A stretch of 64,000 nucleotides of DNA. It comes from Squalus acanthias (Eukaryota). Positions 53,701 to 62,159 of this stretch are shown one piece after another (the stretch's first letter is position 1; the number at the start of each line of letters is the position of its first letter). A program made the translations under genes and the position numbers. The DNA is taken from NCBI GenBank assembly GCA_030390025.1, contig CM059430.1, positions 72,912,001 through 72,976,000 of the forward strand. Reading direction: 5' to 3'. The notes under the pieces are model-generated. The model did no database searches. It was not told the origin of the DNA and saw only the letters and a list, made by a program, of their open reading frames with translations.

Positions 53701-56215
53701 ACGTGTTTAAATGTCTCTTTACCGAACGTGTTCGTTCCCAAACATTAATTGAACCGAATTGTGTACAAATAAAAGGTAATCGACCTGTAACGTTAACTCT
53801 CTTTCTCTCTCCACGGATGCTGCCTGGCCTGCTGAGTTTTTCCAGCGTTTTCTGTTGCTATTGTGTATAAATAAAGCAAGGTATTGAATAGGAATTTCAT
53901 TGTAAACTCCAAAAGGCTTAAAACAAACGCTTGGCGGCCCCAAACATGAATGACGATAAAAACAATTATTGCACCGTGTTTGTTTTGTTTGCTTTAAACA
54001 TTTAGTGTAATAGTTTCAGGTGCAAATTACCGTAGATGAGAAGCTTTGACCCAGTTCCATTTCCCATCCGACTACCCGGATGTTTCACTCCGCAGCAATA
54101 AACTCCGGAGTCCGTGGCGCTGACATTCAGGAGCTGAAGGGAGGCCTCTCCTTTCTTCAAAGGAATAAATCGTTTTCTGCTGTCATTAACTGACTTTAGA
54201 AACTCATTTTCTCCCAGTTTCCACCAGTAAACAGTCACATCGCAATTATCTTGTAAAAAAGGGAACGCGCAATAGAAAGTAATGTTTCCACCTGCGATCA
54301 CGATGGCGTTTTCAGGGGCTTGGATCACACTTAACTGAACACCGGAAACAGCTGTGAGGAAATAAATGCAAATAATAATGAGAGATATCGCACACACACA
54401 GCTTGCTGACAATAATCATCGACTTCTGATAGTAGGGTATATTTGCTGAGGATTAAATTCAATCCTTGTCAACGATATCTGATACTACAAGCGCTGTCTA
54501 TAAAGAGTTCATTTTAAACGATGAGTTCTGTCGGCGCTGCTTTGTATTTAACGTGCCTTGCTTCCACATTTCTATTAAAACTTACCTGATGTGAAGCGCA
54601 GACCACACCAGTACATTTTGAATTGCACATGTCTTCACAAGCAGACAATTATCAGACAGTGAACACGCCAACTGAGATATGGTTGATGCGACGCCGGGAC
54701 TAAGATCTTGACATAAAACATAAAGAAAGGACTTTCACTGGACTGTGTTTCTTGTTTTATGTTCCATTGGCGTGGTAATACATCCTAACACCACGTTCAC
54801 TTTGACAATAGTCTGGTGGCACTGGCCATGGACCTTCCATCAATCATGCAATATAATCCTCCTGTCTTTCTCTAGCTGAAAATCCTTGTGCAAGGGACCC
54901 GGCATTATTCAATGATGGAGTTGCCCCTAACCAAGTGCAGCACACTACAATCGTCTATATTAAATTATATCTACCAGATTCGGTTAATTCCTCTATTTAA
55001 TCCAGTTTTGTCGGCAATCTTATTTTATTTTATCCATGGTCTTTATATCCGCAGATATGATCCTGCAATCTACGCACTTGCAGATAACATCCTCATAACT
55101 TCACCCATATAATTGATAATAATGCAATGATCCTAACGATTAATAACTGTCTTGTGTGTCGCTGAATAGAATATGTTCCTTGTCCAACCCAACCCAAATG
55201 CTGCTTGCAAATCCCACAATGATCAACCTATCTTAGTAGCCTTCTGTGCAGAACTCTACAAACCTCATTTTTAGTAGTCTAGATATACAATATTAATATG
55301 ATTGCCTCAAATACCAACTTTGTAAATTCTTGGGCAAAAGTGCAACGAAGTTGGTGAGACACGACCTTCCATTTCATAAACCATGTCTGGATTCCCTATT
55401 AAACTCATCCATTCGAATTGATAGTACAGCGCATCTCTAATAATTGTATAGTTCCGAGGTTCTCACTTAGCCCATGTATGGAATTTTGGGAATTCGTGGC
55501 CTCCTCACGGGTCCATGGGGAGCAGCACAGGCACAATATAACTACTAAATTTATATACAAATGGCTGACATAGCACCGGCCACATTTACTGGAACACACT
55601 CGGGAGAATGTCTTCAAGGTCAGCACACCGAGCTTTTTTACGAGCACTAACTGCAGCAAGGACTACACACGTATCCAGTTCAACAGGTTTACTTTTAACT
55701 TCAGCCTCATGTTGTCGTATTGGTAAACCAGCATCTTTGAATGTAGTGAAGGCGGATGCAAAGTAAGCTTTTAAAACTTTTGCCGTATCCTGGGACTCCG
55801 CCTGAAGCTGCCCAGATGACCGTTCAATGATCCAGTACTTTCTCTGGTGAGCCTGTGATGTTCAACATAGTTAAAAATACCACCCGGTAAAATATTCTCC
55901 ATCCCTGTCTTTCTCGCTAATCATACAGATTCATACATTTATCCTAATACCTGAACCTTGGGGCTTGTATAACTTTGGACCTCTGGGCGAAAAAGTGATC
56001 AACAATAACCAGAAATAACTCCAACACATACCATATACAACATAATTCAGATTTACAGCGTCCTCCGTGTCTTGCTTTTGATATATTAAAACATGATATG
56101 AATAGAAAGGAAAACTCATAGATATACCTGTATAAGCAATCGCGGAGATAAATATCCAGGGAAACACAATCATATTTAGAAATGAAATTGACTGCAGGCT
56201 ACAGGTAGGCGCCAT
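47536..56215 (-). CDS. Intact spliced IgSF receptor gene (unit B), 7 exons, 383 aa: leader - V(J-like) - C1 - TM - ITIM-bearing tail; SIRP-like / VJ-C1 inhibitory receptor
   Basis: Hand-spliced exons 56215-56128, 54351-54031, 52553-52245, 51480-51367, 49414-49371, 47971-47870, 47709-47536. All introns are GT-AG with compatible phases (1,1,1,1,0,0). Total 1152 nt, no internal stop, ends TAA. Confidence 0.85.
47870..47971 (-). CDS. Exon 6, cytoplasmic exon with VLYTAL and SVYAQ tyrosine motifs
   Basis: GSANEMVLYTALDLTKSTKTASAKYQEERSVYAQ; acceptor ctatgcag, donor gtaggc; 102 nt, phase 0-0. Confidence 0.85.
48100..48849 (+). mobile_element. Harbinger-related MITE in intron 5 of the intact gene, unit-B specific
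   Basis: TSD ATT/ATT; end aatttctgggcc; empty site at ~17098 in unit A; same subfamily as the 2590 copy. Confidence 0.92.
49371..49414 (-). CDS. Exon 5, 44-nt cytoplasmic linker exon (GTGDSMEQPSHPEGL)
   Basis: Acceptor ttaccag, donor gtaggt. Supplies the phase 1-to-0 change the frame needs; same length in unit A (17616-17659). Other small exons cannot be excluded. Confidence 0.65.
49665..50614 (+). mobile_element. Older MITE in intron 4 with a ~200-bp nested LINE 3' fragment (~49880-50078)
   Basis: Homolog of 17908-18657; the extra segment is the reverse complement of 33240-33440. Confidence 0.8.
51367..51480 (-). CDS. Exon 4, transmembrane exon (GAGNAQWYIQVYGSAGGGIFILLLVIIIRKRCPLIRCK)
   Basis: Hydrophobic stretch followed by an RKR stop-transfer; acceptor ttttacag, donor gtatga; 114 nt. 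Confidence 0.85.
52245..52553 (-). CDS. Exon 3, Ig C1-set domain (LVCKTAEFYPNDINITWYKDG...YEVSSFL...YICQASH)
   Basis: C1 hallmarks C-x4-FYP-x2-I-x-I-x-W and Y-x-C-x3-H. Acceptor ttccacag, donor gtaaac, 309 nt, phase 1-1. Confidence 0.93.
54031..54351 (-). CDS. Exon 2, Ig V-set domain with J-like G strand (...FYC...YWW...DSGVYCC...GNGTGSKLLIY)
   Basis: ORF 54002..54412 contains the B-strand Cys, C-strand Trp, D-x-G-x-Y-x-C and a G-x-G-T motif. Acceptor ttcctcacag, donor gtaatt, 321 nt, phase 1-1. Confidence 0.93.
56128..56215 (-). CDS. Exon 1, signal peptide MAPTCSLQSISFLNMIVFPWIFISAIAYT
   Basis: ATG at 56215, hydrophobic stretch, CAG|GTATAT phase-1 donor matching the V exon phase; homologous exon in unit A. 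Confidence 0.8.
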
Positions 56216-57084
56216 CCTCTGATGGTTTGGAAATACTGGCTTATACCGAACATGATTCGAACTGAGAGAGATGACGCATGAGTCTAAAACTGCCCTCAGT
56301 AACGGAATTTATTTTAAGCGTTAAGATCCGTGCCCGCGGTTGTGCGTTCATGATGGACTGTAACTTGAACACAGTATTTAATCTGAAAGGCTGTAGTAGC
56401 AGAAAATATATCTTTAAAGAATTAGATCAAACTTTTGGAGAAATTATTTAGCTCGACATCTACTGTTGTTGCGAAAGTTTATGGACTCCAACAAAGTCAA
56501 CACGACTGGCCGATATCACACTGCGCCATGCGCAATAAGTACATGCAACTAACTTTAAGCCAAAATGATGGCAAACCGCCATCACTACAGCGGACGGCGC
56601 CCTCAGACTTGCACCTCCATTGCAATACACATAAAGAGCGCAACTTATACTGCCGGCTCTGCTTGGCATTGCGTACAATGAACGTAGAAATTTGTGAGTT
56701 TGTGTTTGGCGTTTTCCATCTGCCTGTTTAACAGCTGAAGAATAATTTGAGCGTCATGTCTCACTCATTTAACAATAATTCAGACAATATGCTTCATAAA
56801 ACAGCCGTTGATCAAATTCAGCGTGTAGACCAGAACCACCAATGTAAGAAAGATAATAACATGCAGAACGAGTTTGTACTATTCAGACATTTTATGAGAA
56901 CGATCCAGTGCACACTGAAAGAATAACTATGAAGGTGGTTAGAATTAATCTGCAGTTCAACTGAAACCATCTATTTGGTTTTGCATATATATTGAGGCAA
57001 TGTTTAGAATAATTGCAGCTAATAACCATAAGTTTGCCTAGATATTATTATGTTGCAATCAAAAGACGCTGTTTAGTGCTAGAA

Positions 57085-57295
57085 CTGCCTACACGGAAAT
57101 GTACCAATCAACCATTTCCGTTCTTTACCCCGAGACAGCAATCCGTTTATGACTTAGTCTATCAAATAGAGCAGAAACCGCATTTCAGGTGATGCCGAAA
57201 AGGTCATCTGCTTTTTGATCAATGTATGAACGGCCAGAGTGTAAGCGCATTTTAAAAGGATACGTGTGAGTGGAAACCACAGTTTAACCTTGTGA
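57085..57295. promoter_or_regulatory. Candidate haematopoietic enhancer ~0.9-1.1 kb upstream of the receptor ATG
   Basis: Cluster of ETS (cggaaat, atttccg), RUNX (aaccgca, aaccaca) and E-box (caggtg, catctg) motifs, all also present at ~26480-26680. Motif-level evidence only. Confidence 0.35.
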
Positions 57296-58663
57296 CTATT
57301 GCCGATGAATTGTTTCACGATCTTAACCAGTTACCTTGTTAACCTACATAACGGGTTGTAATATCGTGTTGCTAATGTTAAAGTGCATCAAAGATCAGCA
57401 GACGAACAACTACCATCTTTTCTTTGTATTGATCAACATTAAACAATCTGTACTTTATGCAACAACCTTCTTCATAAAGCGCGGGATCATCCCCACGAGG
57501 CAGCATGTTTGAGATACAAGAGTTCATTACCGGTCTCACAACATTTTAATTGATTAATCATTGAAATTAAGATACTAATCTGTCTGGCCACAGATTTCTC
57601 TGTTTTAAGATAAACTATGTGATTATTCTATACCTACTTCGATGCTAGATAGATCAAAATCCTTTGAAAATGTCTATTATAAAAAAAGTCATAATAATAG
57701 TTGAAAGTAATTTTAAATATCTGTCATGCCAGCAATATAATAATGTATTATGCATTGAAAGGGGTTTTGCATTTTTAGCAGCCTTGCATATTTAGAGATC
57801 ATTTTCATCGATTTGAAATTAGCTGTTTGGATCAAAACGTAAAGTTCACTAACAAACAATGGGCGTTGGAGCGGAAACAAAGAAGAAGAAGATTACAGCT
57901 TTTAGGCTCAGTTTGGGAACATGGTAAAGGAAATGTTGCAAGAACAAAGTTGGAAGTAGACTGCTATAGAAATATAGGGCCGTATATTCCGTTCGGATGC
58001 TTCCCGTAGATGGAATCCCCCGACCTGCAAAAAAGTATCGCACCGACTATAATCCTCTGAGCCCACGTAAATTTCCGATTTAATCCTGAGGAGTCCTGGG
58101 CAGCGTAGGACGTCACGTCGCCCAGGAGCGCAGCGTGTGCGCAGCCGAGGGCTTCGAGTGTAGGGGAGACCCGCCCAGAAAAGTTATATTTGCATAGTCC
58201 ACGCCCCCGATTTTTTTCAACACTTCAAAAGCTTTGGAAATTGAAAGTAGCTGCAAAATTTAATGGTAAGTTGTTTCTTTATAGTTTTTTGAATCTTTTG
58301 TAAACTTTTAGAAACTTTTAAAGACTTTTACGTGGATTTGAAGTATCTTAAAGAGCTTTCAAGAGTTTTGAAGCAATTTAAAATGTTTTAAAAGTCCTGC
58401 CAATATTTATTTCATTTATTTTAATTAATCAGCTAAGTGAAATGGAAGGACTGAGCACAATTCGAATGAATAAGAGAGCTCAGAATTTCAGTGACGATGA
58501 CATCAGCACACACCTCAATGAGGTTGAGACAAAGCGCCCGCGGATCCTTGGAGGAATGAGAAGTCCAGGGTGCCGCGCAAAGGACAGATGACAGCTTGGT
58601 CAGAAGTTGCCCAGGCTGTCAGTGCGAACTCCACCATTCCACAGACAGCGGAGCAAAGACATT

Positions 58664-59405
58664 GGGCCAAAAATTCATCCCGCGACGCGAGAGTACGCAC
58701 TGCGTACTCTCGCGTATTGTCTCTCCAATTGCCGGTTTTCTGCATGCCCTGCGCATGCGCTGAAAACCGGCACTTGGTCTTTTGAAAAGGGGGCGGTTCC
58801 TCGGTGCATCACGTGCGCGCTACAGGCTGCACGCACGCTGTGCACTTCGTGCTTTGGACGCGCAGGTAAGTACGGAAGATTTTAGAAATGGAAAAAGGAG
58901 GAGTAAGACCCACTTTTAACAAGGTAAGTAGTGAATTAAGTATTTTTTTGAATTTTTTTTAATAGGTATATCTTTTTTAGAGACTTTAAAGACAGGTAAG
59001 TTTATTTTTATAACTTTTTAAAAGATTTTAAATTTTTTCAAAAATTAAATTTTTTATTTAAAATGGTTAATTTATTTAACTATACTTATTTTATTAATGT
59101 GATGGTTTTTTTAAAATTTAATTGAGGTTTAGCTGTTATTTTGGGGGATGTAAGATTCATAGATTTCACCGCACGTAGTGAAACTTATGAATGGAAGATG
59201 GTGTGCTGCCATTGGCTCTAACTGAGTCACGTGATCCCACAGCTCGCACGAATTCACTACGCCGGTGGGATACGCAAGCACTGCCCAGCTGATGTCTGGA
59301 ACATCAAGTTCGTGCGAGCTGGATCTGAAAAAGCACAAGCGGAGTGAGAGAGTCCGCGGGGAAGCCTTACCCCCGCGGGAACAGAGCGAGATCAATTTCT
59401 GGGCC
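58664..59405 (+). mobile_element. Harbinger-related MITE (742 bp) nested in the Myb ORF of the autonomous-type element
   Basis: TIRs gggccaaaaattcatc / gatcaatttctgggcc; TSD ATT/ATT; near-identical to 22945-23686. Confidence 0.93.
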
Positions 59406-59512
59406 ATTACTTTGACTCCCGCAGAACCGCCCTTACCTGCTCCCAATGCAGAAACAGTGCAGGCCCATGAGACAGCAGCTCCACCAGTCCTGATGCAAGC
59501 AAACGTTGTTTT

Positions 59513-59543
59513 CAGCAGCAGCAGCGGCAGCAGCAGCAGCAGC
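59513..59543 (+). repeat. (CAG)n microsatellite inside the Harbinger Myb ORF remnant
   Basis: cagcagcagcagcggcagcagcagcagcagc. Confidence 0.85.
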
Positions 59544-60188
59544 CGCAACCCTGTCAGGAGGCAATTGATGAAGGGCAAGAGATGGCACACAGGGGCCTTT
59601 CAATTTGCAGCAGAGGGCTCCGGTCACGGCGGAGGGGAAAGCGCCAGAGACAGTAGGTTTTGACCTTTTGCACAATCCACCTCCTTTGACCCTCAGGCAC
59701 AGATGCGAGGGGGCAAATCGTTCAATTCTTTAATGTTTCGTTTTATTTAAATTTTAAATGTTGTCTTGGCTTTTTTATTGAAATATATATTTGTGACTGA
59801 AAGTGTATGTAACCGTTTCATTTAAAAAGTACAGCCACTAGTCACTTTGAAAAAAAAATCTACTTTTTTATTTACAAAATTATTTAAAATTGCAACTGTT
59901 TGAAAATTAGAAAATAGCTAGTTTCCATCGTGAATTTCTTTATTGCACTAAGAAACCAAAAATGCCACTTTAAACTTTTTACAAATTTTATTCAAAATAA
60001 TTATGTTTGCGAATGTTTCAAAAGTAGAATATAGCTAGTTAACATTTAAAAGTTAAAAACTAAGAACATCCAAACTGAACCTCAAAAGTCTTTGATGCTG
60101 CAATAATATTTCACTGTTGCACTTTAAATTGTGTCTGTTCCTTTCTTTGCCTTGCTGGGGGAGGGGGAGGTACAAGGCGACACTATCA

Positions 60189-61323
60189 TCACCTTGTGAA
60201 GGTGTTGGCTACTAGCAGTTCCCGAGCAGCCTTACATTCGGCAGCAATTGGCTTCTCCCCATCAGGCCTGGACACAGTCACAATGGCATCGCCCATGTCC
60301 TCCATTTCTGCAGGGAGCTCCTCTGCAGGGTTAAGGGTCAGTTCTTCCCGAAGGGCAAAGTTATGCAAAGAACAACAGGCCACCACAATCCTTGCCACTT
60401 TCAGAGGAGAATACTGCAAGGTCCCCCCTGACCTGTCCAGGCACTGGAAGCGTGATTTCAGAAACCCGATTGTCCTCTCCACCACTTGCCGTGTGGACAC
60501 ATGTGCGCGGTTGTATCTCTCCTGAGCCACATTATAGGTCTTGTGGTAGCCATGGTCTTAGAGGTTTGCCCATGTCGCCCAATATCCATGCGGATCATGG
60601 AGTCAATGTGCTGAGGGTGCCAAATAAGTCCGAGTTACGGAGGACGAAGGAGTCATGAGCACTTCCCCGGTGATCTGCATTCAAGTTTAGTATCCTGAGG
60701 TGCGCATCACAGAGTATCATGAAATTTAATGAATGAAACCCCTTCCTGTTGATGTATGTAACAGGTGCATCCATTTGTGCCTTCAATGCAACATTGGTTC
60801 CATCGACGGGCCCAATCACTTTGGGAAATCCAGCAAAGCTATAAAATGCAAGGGCCATCTCCTTTTGATGGTGAGTGGACAAGTCAAAGTCTATGAACTC
60901 TGAAGCCCGACGGAAAATGGCATCTGTGACGTGGTGAATGCAGGCCAATGCAGCACTCTGGGAGATGTTGGGAATGTCACTGGTGCCTGCCTGAAATGTC
61001 CCACTTGCAAAGAAGTTCAATGCTGTGGTTACCTTCATGTTCACTGACAAGGCAGTGCGGGTCTTCGAGCGTGTTTGAAGGTCCCCCATTAACATGTCAC
61101 ATAGTCTGCCGATTGCCTCTTTACTGAAACGCAGCCTCCTCACACACAACTCCTCCGACAGCATCTCAAATGTCAAATGACAGCCTCTCCCTGTACACTC
61201 TTTGGGGTGGGTAGTATTTCCTCCTGATCAGGAGACGGTGATGGTTCCTAAGTCTTCTTTGTTGTTATCTGGCGTTTTCGATTCTCTGATACCCAATCGC
61301 ACCGAGGATCTGGGCAACATCGT
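60189..61323 (-). pseudogene. Harbinger DDE transposase (HARBI1-like), disrupted
   Basis: ORFs 60595..61176 (RRLRFSKE...ALNFFASG...FPKVIGPVDGTNVAL...YINRKGFHSLN...GSAHDS) and 60189..60530 (YNRAH...VERTIGFLKSRFQCL...CCSLHN), with WILGD between them; an in-frame TGA and frameshifts. The 5' limit is approximate. Confidence 0.9.
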
Positions 61324-62159
61324 CAAAGGGCATGTTTCTCCCTCACAGGCTTCTTCTTTAAACAGATGGACTACTTGTAAGGAAAAATTGGAAAGTTTTG
61401 TAAAATTAATTTTAATAAGGTGAGTGGCTAGAAAATCACGTCGGTCGATTGTGGGAAACGTGCGTTTTCGGATTGGGAACACGTCATACCCACGTGATGA
61501 ATATCACGGCCCGAAATGATTTTCTAACTTCAACATTTTCACAAAGTCATACATACATATTTAAAGGGCATGGAAAAGTTAACATTTAACTAATTGATAT
61601 TTTCTGGCATAATCTTTAAAAACTTTTGTAAATGTTAAATAATTCATTTTTAAACAGTCATTTTCACATTTAAGAAAATTAAATCTAATTCAATAGAATG
61701 ATTACCTTGCACAAAGCAAGAGTTGGTCTTTATATTAACTACACTACTCAAAACCAATAACGTTTTTAACAAATTAAAGTTGATAAAAACTTACCTCATG
61801 CTTTCTACAAAGAACTTTGCTCATTTTCACAATTAAAAATGTTCCGTTTCCAAGCCCACTGCTGAGAGTTCTTCTTCCTGCAGCTTCTTCCGGTAGAATG
61901 CAGCCTGTACGCCTGCTTTTACTAGACGCAACTGTTTCGGACGTACCTGGACTGAAGCATTTGAGAAAAAATCGGAAGGTTGGGCCGGTAGCGCTGCCTA
62001 TCCTGCGGATGCGTTTGATCTGTCAAGCGCTTTCTTGACAGATCGGAAATGCCGGTTTCCAGCGCCTGCGCAGTATTTGCCTGAAACCGGCATTTCCGAT
62101 GTCCTTACGGGTGAGTACACAGCGCATTTCCACGCGTAGGGAACGGAATATCCGGGCCA

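Larger units (their letters stand above)
58442..59663 (+). pseudogene. Harbinger Myb/SANT-like DNA-binding ORF, frameshifted, internally deleted and MITE-interrupted
   Basis: MEGLSTIRMNKRAQNFSDDDI...AWSEVAQAVSANSTIPQTAEQ matches the trihelix Myb/SANT pattern of Harbinger ORF2; upstream donor ATG|GTAAGT near 58267. Confidence 0.8.
57977..62158. mobile_element. PIF/Harbinger DNA transposon, autonomous-type but decayed, unit-B specific
   Basis: TIRs gggccgtatattccgttc / gaacggaatatccgggcc; 3-bp TSD ATA; empty site gaaat-ata-gaatc at ~27298-27310 in unit A; convergent Myb/SANT and HARBI1-like ORFs. Confidence 0.93.

Noticed and set aside
54002-54412. Calling the gene NCR3 (NKp30) or SIRPA by symbol
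   Set aside because: NKp30 lacks a C1 domain and has a charged TM; SIRP-alpha has two C1 domains. Orthology cannot be established without phylogeny and synteny.
59265-59663. 132-aa ORF as a novel gene
   Set aside because: Chance fusion of a MITE arm (GTG start) with the Myb ORF remnant.
60189-61176. Domesticated host HARBI1 gene
   Set aside because: It lies within TIRs and a TSD, is absent from the other unit, and carries a stop and frameshifts.
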